From a virus (Duplodnaviria; Caudoviricetes): DNA of 39,700 nt. This document shows, piece by piece, positions 26,391 to 35,136 of this stretch. Position numbers and translations under genes: made by a program. The notes under the pieces were generated by a model. It did no database searches, was not told where the DNA came from, and worked only from the letters and a program-made list of their open reading frames with translations. Positions within the stretch are counted from its first letter, which is position 1. The number at the start of each line of letters is the position of its first letter. The stretch spans positions 1 to 39,700 of the IMG/VR virus record IMGVR_UViG_3300020045_004042. The stretch is one strand, 5' to 3'.

Positions 26391-27664
26391 ACAGAGAAAC
26401 ACTGGAATTAATCATTGTCGGTATTTTGTTGGCATTCCCGAACGAAGCAACAAAAATTGATTTAGAGATCGAAGATTTTGCAACCCATCCTTGGAAGTTA
26501 GTTTTTCAGGCTATCCGGTCTGTTTTATCTGCCGGCCTGGAAGTCGATGTTTTTTCCGTAAAGGAAAAGGTTGGCGATATAGTTGATTTGTCTGATTTGG
26601 CTTACGCTCAAAAAGACGCCGCCTCACCTGCAAACATTGGCCACTATGCGGGACTGTTAAAAAAATACGGGCGGGAAGAAAGACTAAAGATTTTGTGCGT
26701 TAAAACATTGACTGCCATTGAAGACAAAAAAGATGTTGATAAAATCAAGGGCCGGTTATTGACAAGACTGTCTGAGATAGACGAAAGAGAAGAGCGGCTA
26801 GATTTAACAATGAAAGACCTTTCCAGGCTTGCTGTTGATTATATTGAAACTGCACAGGAGGCTAGAGACAACGGCAAAACAATAGGGATTCCAACGGGGA
26901 TTTATGAGGTAGATAAAAACTGCGGTGGCTTACATAACTCAAACCTTATCGTCGTAGGAGCAAGGCCTGGAATGGGAAAAACAGCTCTGGCATTGTCTTT
27001 GGCTGTCAATATGGGCAAAAAAGGCTTTAAAGTTGGGTTCGTCTCGACTGAAATGAGCGGAGTAGAAGTTGGCTTAAGGCTGATGTCGTTAATCTCAAAT
27101 GTTCCATCAGAAAAACTACGGAATGCTAACCTGTCAGAACAGGACTACAGCAAGTTAATGCTGGCATCAGGGAAATTAAAAGATTTGCCGATAAGGGTTT
27201 TTGACAGGCCATCCTGCACGCTTTCTGACATTATGGTTCAAGCAAGAGCTTGGATGCTAACCGGCGGTGTTGATGTCCTGATGGTTGATTATCTGCAAAG
27301 ACTGCAGTCAGACGTAAAACAAGATAGCCGCGTTCGTGAAGTTGGAAAATATGCTTCCGGATTAAAAACGGTGGCTAGAAGTATGAAAATCCCGGTTATA
27401 GCGCTATCGCAAATAAATCGATCCTCAACAAAAAGAGAGGAAAAAAGACCGACTATGTCCGATTTGCGGGATTCAGGAGAGATTGAGCAAGAAGCGGACA
27501 TGGTATGGCTGCTTCACCGGGAATCTGTCTATGACGATAACGCAAACAAAGAAGACGCCGAAATTATTATAGACAAAAACAGACATGGCCCGATTGCGAT
27601 GGTCAAAACATGCTGGAATCCTGAAATAATGAGATGGGGGAATAACGGTGATGATTATTATTAA
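26381..27664 (+). CDS. dnaB: Replicative DNA helicase, DnaB family
   Basis: GARPGMGKT, STEMS, VDYLQ, LSQINR, SDLRDSGEIEQEAD, KNRHG. Confidence 0.95.
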   Translation: MAMNRETLELIIVGILLAFPNEATKIDLEIEDFATHPWKLVFQAIRSVLSAGLEVDVFSVKEKVGDIVDLSDLAYAQKDAASPANIGHYAGLLKKYGREERLKILCVKTLTAIEDKKDVDKIKGRLLTRLSEIDEREERLDLTMKDLSRLAVDYIETAQEARDNGKTIGIPTGIYEVDKNCGGLHNSNLIVVGARPGMGKTALALSLAVNMGKKGFKVGFVSTEMSGVEVGLRLMSLISNVPSEKLRNANLSEQDYSKLMLASGKLKDLPIRVFDRPSCTLSDIMVQARAWMLTGGVDVLMVDYLQRLQSDVKQDSRVREVGKYASGLKTVARSMKIPVIALSQINRSSTKREEKRPTMSDLRDSGEIEQEADMVWLLHRESVYDDNANKEDAEIIIDKNRHGPIAMVKTCWNPEIMRWGNNGDDYY

Positions 27665-27788
27665 TTGTGCATAATAATATATCAGGAACCGCTTAAAAAT
27701 GACCATGGTTAAACGAAAAATAAAAAGCAATGGTATTTGATAGGTAAGTATAAAAACTAACGTACATAGCAAAAATAATTGGTGAAAA

Positions 27789-28244
27789 ATGACCACTCTA
27801 TTCTTAAGAAAAATCCACAACGTTTTTATCCCAGCCGACGCAATAACGCAGGCTGAAATGGAAACCATGCACGATTGCGAATATAAAGCGGAAGTGACGA
27901 AGCCTAGAAATTATTCATTCCTTAAAAAATTTTTTGCTTTGGTGAAAGTAGCGTTCGACGCATGGGAAGGGCCGGTAACCGAATATAAGGGTATGCCCGT
28001 AGAAAAGAATTTGGAGCGATTTAGGAAGGATTTACTCATTATGGCTGGGTATGGCTACCCTGTTGTAAATATCGCCGGGAAAGTCGCATTTGAGGCCAAA
28101 TCAATAGCATTCGGCAGTATGGATGAAGTGGAGTTTGAAGAATTGTACAGCAAGGTGATCGACGTGATTCTGGCCAATGTGCTGAATCACTACACGCGAG
28201 ACGATTTAGATGTGATGGTCAACAATATATTGAGGTTTAGCTGA
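27789..28244 (+). CDS. DUF1367-like nin-region protein
   Basis: KPRN..F.KKFFAL...FRKDLLIMAGY...AKSIAFGSMDEVEFEELY. Confidence 0.75.
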   Translation: MTTLFLRKIHNVFIPADAITQAEMETMHDCEYKAEVTKPRNYSFLKKFFALVKVAFDAWEGPVTEYKGMPVEKNLERFRKDLLIMAGYGYPVVNIAGKVAFEAKSIAFGSMDEVEFEELYSKVIDVILANVLNHYTRDDLDVMVNNILRFS

Positions 28245-28245
28245 T

Positions 28246-28428
28246 ATGAAATATGCAGTGATGGTAAAAGAGTTTAGGCAAAAAATGATATGCCACCACG
28301 GTGAAATATGGGTAAAGGACAAGGATTATACAAACTACGTCAATATAGACGAACGCGGCGTCTGGGATACCAAAGAGGAAGCCGAACAGGCGAAATTATA
28401 TGATGATGAAATAGTGGTGGGGGTTTAG
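28246..28428 (+). CDS. Hypothetical protein
   Basis: 60 aa; a decayed paralogue lies at 28585-28759. Confidence 0.7.
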   Translation: MKYAVMVKEFRQKMICHHGEIWVKDKDYTNYVNIDERGVWDTKEEAEQAKLYDDEIVVGV

Positions 28429-28674
28429 ATGATAAAAATATCAAGAAAGGAAATGACCCTGACAGAATATCTACGCACCTACAATAAATGGCGAAGAGGG
28501 GAATATGAAAATTATGAAATTCCTGATCCTAAAGAAGTTGGTGAGGCTATTGACGAAGTAATAGCGTTATTGGAGCAGCGCCGATATGCAGTAATGGTGG
28601 ATGATTATGTTCAAGACGAAATGTGCAGCCCTTCTGAATCCTGGGTAAAATTGGGAGTATTCGCATTACGTTAA
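28429..28674 (+). CDS. Hypothetical protein fused to the start of a duplicated gene
   Basis: LRTYNKWRRG...PDPKEVGEAID followed by YAVMV...WVK. Confidence 0.65.
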   Translation: MIKISRKEMTLTEYLRTYNKWRRGEYENYEIPDPKEVGEAIDEVIALLEQRRYAVMVDDYVQDEMCSPSESWVKLGVFALR

Positions 28675-28759
28675 TATAAACGAGCGTGGAGTTTGGGACG
28701 CCAAGAAGGCGGCGAGATAACATATACGTTTTGATTATGAAATAGTGGTGGAGCTATAA
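28585..28759 (+). pseudogene. Degenerate duplicate of 28246-28428
   Basis: YAVMV..WVK, then after a frameshift WEYSHYVNINERGVWDAKKAAR*HIRFDYEIVVEL. Confidence 0.7.
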
Positions 28760-28760
28760 A

Positions 28761-29069
28761 ATGCAAAAACGGAAACCTTACCGAAACAAAAAAATACTGG
28801 ATCATGCAAAAGGGCAGGAATGTCAAATCAGGCTTCCGGGTTGCTTGCACAATACCGAAACAACAGTAGCTGCTCATATACATGCCTATGAATTCGGGCA
28901 TGGTATGGGCCAGAAAGCGGATGATTTTGCCATAGCCTTCGTCTGTAGCAAGTGCCATTTGATACTAGACGGCGCGCATAATTTTGATGTCGACTGGCTT
29001 GAAGGCATGTTCCACAAAGCGAACACTCGAACAATTGGCATTTTGTTCAGGGACGGCATTATAAAATGA
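28761..29069 (+). CDS. DUF1364/YbcO-like zinc-binding putative nuclease
   Basis: AKGQECQIRLPGC...ETTVAAH...GMGQKADD...CSKCH. Confidence 0.8.
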   Translation: MQKRKPYRNKKILDHAKGQECQIRLPGCLHNTETTVAAHIHAYEFGHGMGQKADDFAIAFVCSKCHLILDGAHNFDVDWLEGMFHKANTRTIGILFRDGIIK

Positions 29070-29091
29070 AGCACAAAAAATAAAATACCTC

Positions 29092-29120
29092 TTGACATTG
29101 CTATAAATTTATAATACTAT
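29092..29120 (+). promoter_or_regulatory. Sigma70 promoter of the recombination/cassette operon
   Basis: TTGACA-17-TACTAT with an A-rich UP element. Confidence 0.75.
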
Positions 29121-29149
29121 AGCCACAAGCTATTAAACAGGAGGGGAAA

Positions 29150-29737
29150 ATGAAAAGCGAAAGCATAGCCGAGCTGGCTAAAGCGCTAAGCAAAGCGCAA
29201 GGCGATTTTGATCATGCAAAAAAAGATTCAGCAGGCCCATTTGCAAAAAGCTTTTATGCTGACCTTGCAAATGTTATTGATGCGGCAAAAAAACCGCTAG
29301 CAGATAACGGACTTGCGGTAAGTCAACTTATTGTTGCCGATGAAAACGGTAACGTAAATTTGGAAACGATATTAATGCACGCTTCCGGGGAATGGATTAG
29401 TGGTACTTATCCGATTCGCCCCGTTAAAACTGATCCTCAATCCATGGGTTCAGCGATAACTTACGCAAGGCGCTATTCTTTTTCGGCTATTACCGGCATA
29501 GCGGCTGATGATGATGACGGAAATGAAGCCAGCAAGCCAAAACCTGATAGACAAAGAGTTGATAAGCCAATTGAGAAATCCTACTGGCCGGAATCTAAAT
29601 TTAACGAAAAAAAGGAAGAATGGAAAGAAAAAGTGCTATCAGGCGAACGAACTGTAGAGCAATTATTGACTGTTATGCAAGTGCGTCATTTATTTACTGA
29701 GTCACAAAAGGGAGAGATTCAATCATGGGCACAATAG
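29150..29737 (+). CDS. erf: ERF-family ssDNA annealing protein
   Basis: YADL...GSAITYARRYSFSAITGIAADDDDG signature. Confidence 0.92.
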   Translation: MKSESIAELAKALSKAQGDFDHAKKDSAGPFAKSFYADLANVIDAAKKPLADNGLAVSQLIVADENGNVNLETILMHASGEWISGTYPIRPVKTDPQSMGSAITYARRYSFSAITGIAADDDDGNEASKPKPDRQRVDKPIEKSYWPESKFNEKKEEWKEKVLSGERTVEQLLTVMQVRHLFTESQKGEIQSWAQ

Positions 29738-30894
29738 CTCAAGACCATAAATTGATGGTATCGGCGTCGAATTGTCATAGGATAATGACGTGCCTGGATA
29801 AAGATTGCCTTCCGCCAGGCGCGATATCATATATCAGCGATATGTTTAATCTGTCTGATGATGATTTCAAAAATACCTATATGTCGGACGACATGATAAA
29901 CGGTGTTGAAAAAGAGCCGGAAGCACTTGACGCATTATCCGAATATTTGTGGCTTGATATACTATTCACTGGACACACACAAAAAAGGCTTTATGCCGGT
30001 AAAGATTATTATGATTTTTTATCCGCTCTACCTGACGGGATTATATGGTCACTTGATGATTTAATTTATAGTGTCGAAGTTAAATGTTTAAATGAAAAAA
30101 ACCACCAATTTGTTTGTGAGAATATTACAGACGGTGATCGGCTTAAAAAACATGACTATAAAAAATATTGCCAAGTACAGACGCAAATGCTTTGTGTAGA
30201 AAAATCATATATACAAGATTCTGTAGGAATCATTGCCTTTTACAATGAAATTTGTGAACCCCCCCTGCACATTGTATGGGTTGATCCCGATCAAGAATGG
30301 CGCGATAGACTTCATTCCCGGCTGGGCTTAGCTAAAAAACTCTACCTGGAAATACAGGGCGAACCACAAAAACAGGTAATCCCATTAGCGCACGATACCG
30401 AAATAATAACGCCGGATATGGTTAGCTCACTGCTTAGTGATCCAAAGTTTTTAATGGAAATGGTTTATGATCATTTTGGCGTATCGATAGTTGACGGGCA
30501 TTATACTGGCGGCGATATAATTGATTGCAGTACCAAGAAGGGCCGTGACCAGGCTATCAAGTTACGATCCAAAATAACCAAGGTCAGGACTGGCGCTGTT
30601 TCTATATCAAAAAAGCTGGTAGAAGAGTATAAGTTAAAATGCAAACAAGAGCTTGAATTCCGCAAAACCATTGAGGCCGACTGTAAAGCACTCAGTGATT
30701 ATCTATGCCAAACCCTGAACGCATGGGAATCTGGGCAAAAGCAAAATGTTGAAGTAAAAAAAGAAATTAAAGAAGCAGTCAAGGAAGATAACGTAAAAAA
30801 CGTACTAGACCCGATAAAAAATATGTTCGAAGCCGGTAAAATTGGCATAGCCGAGGCTTTAATGATGGCCTATCAAGCAGGATTGGACACATGA
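29725..30894 (+). CDS. YqaJ/lambda-exonuclease-like nuclease with long C-terminal coiled-coil extension
   Basis: SAS..GVEKEPEA..ALPDG..VEVKC..QVQTQM; adjacent to ERF. Confidence 0.8.
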   Translation: MGTIAQDHKLMVSASNCHRIMTCLDKDCLPPGAISYISDMFNLSDDDFKNTYMSDDMINGVEKEPEALDALSEYLWLDILFTGHTQKRLYAGKDYYDFLSALPDGIIWSLDDLIYSVEVKCLNEKNHQFVCENITDGDRLKKHDYKKYCQVQTQMLCVEKSYIQDSVGIIAFYNEICEPPLHIVWVDPDQEWRDRLHSRLGLAKKLYLEIQGEPQKQVIPLAHDTEIITPDMVSSLLSDPKFLMEMVYDHFGVSIVDGHYTGGDIIDCSTKKGRDQAIKLRSKITKVRTGAVSISKKLVEEYKLKCKQELEFRKTIEADCKALSDYLCQTLNAWESGQKQNVEVKKEIKEAVKEDNVKNVLDPIKNMFEAGKIGIAEALMMAYQAGLDT

Positions 30895-31049
30895 AAACAG
30901 ATAAATCGAAATCGTTACACATAAGCGAAAAAACACATAATCGGCTAAAGTTGTACAGTGTTCACGCTGGTAAAACTATCGGAAAGTTGGTCGATGAGTT
31001 TATTGTTTTTTGCCTTGATCAACTTGATATTGAGGATAAGAAAAAATAA
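30891..31049 (+). CDS. Ribbon-helix-helix DNA-binding protein (52 aa)
   Basis: KSLHISEKTHNRLKLYSVHAGKTIGKLVDEFI; ATGA-coupled. Confidence 0.65.
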   Translation: MKTDKSKSLHISEKTHNRLKLYSVHAGKTIGKLVDEFIVFCLDQLDIEDKKK

Positions 31050-31054
31050 ATGAT

Positions 31055-31072
31055 TTGAATGACGGGTTATAC
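31055..31072 (-). repeat. attC-like half site (right arm only)
   Basis: 31055-31074 is identical to 34027-34046. Confidence 0.7.
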
Positions 31073-31077
31073 ATATT

Positions 31078-31311
31078 ATGACTATTTATGAAAAACACAT
31101 TTCTCACATTGAGGCTGTTAACAATGCCAAAACCGTCGAAGAACATGCGGCATTAGATTTGTACCTAAGCGCATGGTTAACTGGTGTCAGGGATGCTGGC
31201 GGAGTACTAAGCCATATTGCGGCAGACATGTTTTATTTAGATCAAGGAATTGACAGGCCAATGTGTGGCGGAATATGGCTGGATTGGAAGCCAGAAAAAA
31301 CAGGTGTATAA
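31078..31311 (+). CDS. Cassette ORF, hypothetical
   Basis: 77 aa; GTTATAC before, stop inside GTATAAC. Confidence 0.8.
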   Translation: MTIYEKHISHIEAVNNAKTVEEHAALDLYLSAWLTGVRDAGGVLSHIAADMFYLDQGIDRPMCGGIWLDWKPEKTGV

Positions 31312-31394
31312 CGCAGAGCTAACCGGGCGCGGCCCGGAAAGCTAAACAATGAAACCGTACTATAACCGCGCTCCGGTTGAGCGCACTGTTAGGC
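31306..31394 (-). repeat. attC-like site (89 bp)
   Basis: GTATAAC GCAGA GCTAACC GGGCGCGG...CCGCGC t CC GGTT g AGC GCACT GTTAGGC. Confidence 0.85.
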
Positions 31395-31406
31395 TTGGAG
31401 AGTGAA

Positions 31407-31607
31407 ATGTATATACCAGAACCTGGAACTATTACGCATGGGAAATATAGAGAGCTTAGCGAATCAATGGGTAATCTCAATGTTGGGGAATGTCTTACTG
31501 TACCAATTTCTTTAAGAAATGGTAAAGGGATAATATCTAAGCGACTAGGTATAAAAGTTAAAACAAGAAGAAATGGCGATAAATTAGATATTTATAGAGT
31601 TTCATAA
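31407..31607 (+). CDS. Cassette ORF, small basic protein (66 aa)
   Basis: ATG 31407 with GGAG RBS; stop inside TCATAAC. Confidence 0.75.
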   Translation: MYIPEPGTITHGKYRELSESMGNLNVGECLTVPISLRNGKGIISKRLGIKVKTRRNGDKLDIYRVS

Positions 31608-31674
31608 CGCAGAATTAACGCGCGCCCGCGAGGACGCTGAAAATTGCTGGAAGAAATATAACACGGCGTTAGGC
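31602..31674 (-). repeat. Deleted/hybrid attC-like site including a 19-bp minimal site (31656-31674)
   Basis: Left arm nearly identical to the 35431 site; then ATATAAC-ACGGC-GTTAGGC. Confidence 0.65.
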
Positions 31675-31680
31675 GTGGAA

Positions 31681-31875
31681 ATGAAAACAGAATTAAAAGT
31701 CACTTGTAAGAAGTGCGGCGGCGCGATGGCGCCCGGCAAAGCAATGCAGCAAACCTGGACAGGATCGCTAGACTTTCCTGATGAAAAGCATTACGTGACC
31801 ATTTCGCCTGGCGGTAGCGGGAAGCTCATTGAATGCATGAAATGTAAAGGGTGCGGATGGAGCATGACTTTATAG
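31681..31875 (+). CDS. Cassette ORF, zinc-ribbon protein
   Basis: CKKCGG...CKGCGWS. Confidence 0.75.
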   Translation: MKTELKVTCKKCGGAMAPGKAMQQTWTGSLDFPDEKHYVTISPGGSGKLIECMKCKGCGWSMTL

Positions 31876-31901
31876 GCGTACAACATACCAAATTGTAACC
31901 A

Positions 31902-32351
31902 ATGACGATATTATCGATTGATCCCGGAATGAAATCAGGTGCCGCCATTTTCGACAACGGGCAATGTATATTTTTCAAAACATTGCGAGGGCCAGTCGAA
32001 ACAATAGATTTTATTCGTGCGCAAAGCCCTGCTTTAGTTATATGCGAGGATAGTCGCCTTCAATCACATGTTTTTACCGCGCCAAGCCTCAACGCTCAGG
32101 CCAGATTGAAAGTAGCGAGGAATATAGGAATGGTAGATATGTGCTGTTATCTGATACAGGCCGCGTGCGAAAGATTGCAGATCGGATACCTGGCCGTATC
32201 GCCAAAAGGGAAAGGGGGAAAGCTTGATTCAAAAAGCCTTCAAAAATTAACGGGTATCACATTATCAACTAACCAGCATGAGCGAGATGCTATCGTTTTA
32301 GGCTGGCCGTATCGTAATGAAAAAATGGTGGAACATGATCGAATTTGTTGA
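31902..32351 (+). CDS. RuvC-like (RNase H fold) Holliday junction resolvase
   Basis: ILSIDPG..SG, VICED and NQHERDA acidic motifs. Confidence 0.75.
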   Translation: MTILSIDPGMKSGAAIFDNGQCIFFKTLRGPVETIDFIRAQSPALVICEDSRLQSHVFTAPSLNAQARLKVARNIGMVDMCCYLIQAACERLQIGYLAVSPKGKGGKLDSKSLQKLTGITLSTNQHERDAIVLGWPYRNEKMVEHDRIC

Positions 32352-32442
32352 GGCTTTAAGCGCATTATCGTGGCCTGGCGCTTTTGTTTTGGGGTGCATG
32401 TTTTTAGCGATTACCGTTATTGGCTATACATATTTTAAGTGA
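32335..32442 (+). CDS. Small membrane protein (35 aa)
   Basis: MIEFVEALSALSWPGAFVLGCMFLAITVIGYTYFK. Confidence 0.5.
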   Translation: MIEFVEALSALSWPGAFVLGCMFLAITVIGYTYFK

Positions 32443-32756
32443 TGATGCAAACTTCAAAATCAGTTATTCGTTGGATGTGCCAATCTTGTGATTGGATAGG
32501 CGATGATGCAGAATTGCTGCGCGCACCAAGCCCGTTTGACGCGGAAGATACCATTGTCGGATGCCCTAAGTGCAAGGCTGTAGACGATTTTAAAAGCGCC
32601 TGTGATGAACCAGGCTGCGGACAAGACGCGACATGTGGATTTCCAGCGCCTGGCGGATACCGGCGCACATGCGGAAAGCACATGCAAAATCAATGGCCCG
32701 GTGAAGTGTGCAGAGGTCATAACGCAAAGCTACCCGGGCGCGGCGCGAATGATTGA
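32442..32756 (+). CDS. Cys-rich zinc-binding protein; C-terminus reads into an att arm
   Basis: CQSC..CPKC..CDEPGC..TCGKH; ends HNAKLPGRGAND. Confidence 0.75.
   Translation: MMQTSKSVIRWMCQSCDWIGDDAELLRAPSPFDAEDTIVGCPKCKAVDDFKSACDEPGCGQDATCGFPAPGGYRRTCGKHMQNQWPGEVCRGHNAKLPGRGAND
32717..32745 (-). repeat. attC-like half site (left arm only)
   Basis: TCATAAC GCAAA GCTACCC GGGCGCGG, a variant of the 31306/35131 arm. Confidence 0.65.
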
Positions 32757-32870
32757 ATAATGAGTTCTATGTCATGTGCGAGCAGAAATGCACCCGTAAT
32801 GGCCGGACACCGGGAAATTGGATACTTGGGATCGGCTGAGAGTATGCCGACAAATACCCGGCCACATGAC

Positions 32871-32959
32871 GCCTAACGCAATAATTAACGTGTCCGCACG
32901 ATGCGATCTGAACAAAACCTCTGAGATTTCCCGGCTCAGCGCTGAATAATGGGTTATAC
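32871..32959 (-). repeat. attC-like site, degenerate stem (89 bp)
   Basis: GCCTAAC GCAATAATTAACG...GCTGAAT AATGG GTTATAC. Confidence 0.7.
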
Positions 32960-32987
32960 ATTTAAATTAAAATAGGATAAACTGAAA

Positions 32988-33293
32988 ATGAAGATGCTGA
33001 CAATTGAAATGCCGGACGGAAGCAAATGGGGCGTGCCTGTGGAGGTTATTGCACGGAGCCGCGCCGCGCACTACGCGCACGAATTCGACGGCGATGTGGA
33101 GCGCTCGATGGCTGAGGACACGATGCCGCTGTTTAATAGCGATCACTACGAAATTGAAGACTGGGCGGCCAACAACATGAACTGGAGCGGCGTGTCGGAG
33201 CAAGCGAAGAAGCTGCAAGACGCGCCAGCGCCTGACTTTCAAGAGGCATGGATAAATGGCAAAAAGGCGGTAATCGAACAGGATGATTTATGA
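32988..33293 (+). CDS. Cassette ORF, phage hypothetical (acidic)
   Basis: MPDGSKWGVPVEVIA...EIEDWAANNMNW. Confidence 0.8.
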   Translation: MKMLTIEMPDGSKWGVPVEVIARSRAAHYAHEFDGDVERSMAEDTMPLFNSDHYEIEDWAANNMNWSGVSEQAKKLQDAPAPDFQEAWINGKKAVIEQDDL

Positions 33294-33427
33294 AAAAGAA
33301 AAGACCGAGACAGCGAAAACTTAGAAAATGTGAGCGAGGGATTAAAACAAAATCTTTCAATCGCGGATGCCGATATGTAATGACAAATAACGGTCTTCTG
33401 CCTCGAATGTGGGCTACTGGTAATTGA
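33290..33427 (+). CDS. Small basic ORF (45 aa), second ORF of the same cassette
   Basis: MKKKRPRQRKLRKC...; ATGA-coupled. Confidence 0.45.
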   Translation: MKKKRPRQRKLRKCERGIKTKSFNRGCRYVMTNNGLLPRMWATGN

Positions 33428-33428
33428 T

Positions 33429-33515
33429 GTATAACGCAGAATTAACGCGCGCCCACGACGAACTTTAAACAAAGCCGCGATGCTTCTGGGCGTCGCGTTG
33501 AATGACGGGTTATGC
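33429..33515 (-). repeat. attC-like site (87 bp)
   Basis: GTATAAC GCAGA ATTAACG CGCGCCCA...TGGGCG t CG CGTT g AAT GACGG GTTATGC. Confidence 0.85.
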
Positions 33516-33536
33516 GTGAAAACTTTGGAGATCATA

Positions 33537-33713
33537 ATGGGTGATACATGCGACATGGTAATCATTGAAACAGCCGACTTTGATATTTTGTGGGAATGCT
33601 CTGAATGCAAGACAGAACACAAGGCGACGAAGAAGTTCGAGAAGAATAAGGTATGTCCGAAGTGCGGGAAAGAGATTGCGAATTGGATTGGCTTGGATGA
33701 ATATGACTTATAA
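33537..33713 (+). CDS. Cassette ORF, zinc-ribbon protein (58 aa)
   Basis: GGAG RBS; WECSEC...CPKCG; stop inside TTATAAC. Confidence 0.75.
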   Translation: MGDTCDMVIIETADFDILWECSECKTEHKATKKFEKNKVCPKCGKEIANWIGLDEYDL

Positions 33714-33796
33714 CGCAGAATTAACCAGACCGCCCGCTGGATTTAAAACAACACCACGACTCGCGGCGGCGGGTCTGGTTGAATGACGGGTTATAC
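33708..33796 (-). repeat. attC-like site (89 bp)
   Basis: TTATAAC GCAGA ATTAACC AGACC...GGTCT GGTT g AAT GACGG GTTATAC. Confidence 0.85.
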
Positions 33797-33797
33797 G

Positions 33798-34034
33798 ATG
33801 TTTCATATTAGAAAAAACAAATATGGCAGGGCTTTTTGTCAGCCTAAAAGAGGTTTATCCATCTTTTCTATGTACTTTCGAGGATGGAGATCTTTCGGCT
33901 TGGGCGGATGGTGGAGCAAACCAAGCAAAAACCAGGGGCTAATTGAAAAAAACATGACGCATAACGCAGAATTAAGTCGCGCCGGTAGTGCGCCAAACGA
34001 AACCGCTGGCGTTAACAGCGTCGGCCTTGAATGA
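33798..34034 (+). CDS. Cassette ORF, basic; reads through the next att site
   Basis: MFHIRKNKYG...HNAELSRAG...GLE*; weak RBS. Confidence 0.5.
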   Translation: MFHIRKNKYGRAFCQPKRGLSIFSMYFRGWRSFGLGGWWSKPSKNQGLIEKNMTHNAELSRAGSAPNETAGVNSVGLE

Positions 34035-34044
34035 CGGGTTATAC
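33959..34044 (-). repeat. attC-like site (86 bp)
   Basis: GCATAAC GCAGA ATTAAG...CTT g AAT GACGG GTTATAC. Confidence 0.8.
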
Positions 34045-34272
34045 ATGACAGAACAAATCAGCCATTGGCAATTGCAAATAAGCGATCCGCAACGGTCATA
34101 TAAAAGCACAAAAGATATTCATGTGCTTGCCCCAGAAATGATAGATGCGGTTAAAAAAGTTGGCGAACTATATCCAAATGCTAGGATTTTTAATTGCATC
34201 CACAAAGGCACGTTTGAAGGCGACTTGTATGTGCGTCCTAAAAACGTTATTCGTGAGCAAGATAATGTATAA
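34045..34272 (+). CDS. Cassette ORF, hypothetical (75 aa)
   Basis: ATG immediately after GTTATAC; stop inside GTATAAC. Confidence 0.7.
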   Translation: MTEQISHWQLQISDPQRSYKSTKDIHVLAPEMIDAVKKVGELYPNARIFNCIHKGTFEGDLYVRPKNVIREQDNV

Positions 34273-34361
34273 CGCCGTGTTGATCGGCACGCCGCCGCAC
34301 GGAACTTTAACCGCGCAAATGCGCTAAATGGCGGCTTGTCCGCTTGAACTAAGAGTTATAC
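34267..34361 (-). repeat. attC-like site (95 bp)
   Basis: GTATAAC GCCGT GTTGATCGG..GCCGCC...GGCGGC..CCGCTT g AAC TAAGA GTTATAC. Confidence 0.8.
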
Positions 34362-34365
34362 AACA

Positions 34366-35136
34366 ATGATAAAGCTACTGCACGGTGATTGTAGGAAGTT
34401 TTTGTTTGATGGCACGATTGACCCGGATAGTATTGACTTAACCGTGACCTCTCCGCCTTATGACAATTTTAGAACTTACAACAATTCTTCCTCCTGGGGA
34501 TGGGCTGAATTTAGTGCGGTTGCTGCCGGATTGTGGAGAGTAACAAAACCCGGCGGCGTTGTGGTTTGGGTGGTTGGTGATGCCACCATAAAAGGTAGTG
34601 AGACCGGAACCAGCTTTGAACAGGCTTTAGCCTTTAAGAAAATGGGCTTTAACTTGCATGATACTATGATATATGAAAAAGGAGTAGTAGCTTTCCCTGA
34701 GAGCGTGAGATACAACAATAAAATGGAATATATGTACGTTTTTAGTAAGGGGAAACCAATCACCTTTAACGGTATAAAAGATCATAAAAATGTGTCGGCT
34801 GGTCGTAAAGTTACAGGCTATGACCGGACAAAAGAAGGAGGGCAGAAAATAAGATCGGGTGCTGGAAATATTTACCCTGATAATTCATTAAGGGGCAACG
34901 TCTGGAAAATGTGGAACCAAAGCCGAGGCGAACATACCCGACATCCTGCTACATTTCCTGAACAATTAGCACAAGATCACATAGTCACATGGAGTAACGA
35001 AGGCGACACTGTGTTTGATCCTTTTGTTGGCAGTGGCACAACTGGAAAGATGGCAAAACAACTAAATCGCAAATTCATAGGCGTTGAAATAGACACAGAG
35101 TATTTCAAAATAGCCAGTGAGCGAATTGGTGTATAA
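34366..35136 (+). CDS. Orphan beta-class amino DNA methyltransferase (N4-C/N6-A), cassette-borne
   Basis: TSPPY catalytic motif N-terminal; HPATFP and DPFVGSGTT SAM motif C-terminal. Confidence 0.92.
   Translation: MIKLLHGDCRKFLFDGTIDPDSIDLTVTSPPYDNFRTYNNSSSWGWAEFSAVAAGLWRVTKPGGVVVWVVGDATIKGSETGTSFEQALAFKKMGFNLHDTMIYEKGVVAFPESVRYNNKMEYMYVFSKGKPITFNGIKDHKNVSAGRKVTGYDRTKEGGQKIRSGAGNIYPDNSLRGNVWKMWNQSRGEHTRHPATFPEQLAQDHIVTWSNEGDTVFDPFVGSGTTGKMAKQLNRKFIGVEIDTEYFKIASERIGV

Noticed and set aside
28585-28759. Programmed frameshift or stop-codon reassignment
   Set aside because: Both a frameshift and a TAA would need bypassing, and all core genes translate cleanly in the standard code. Decay is simpler.
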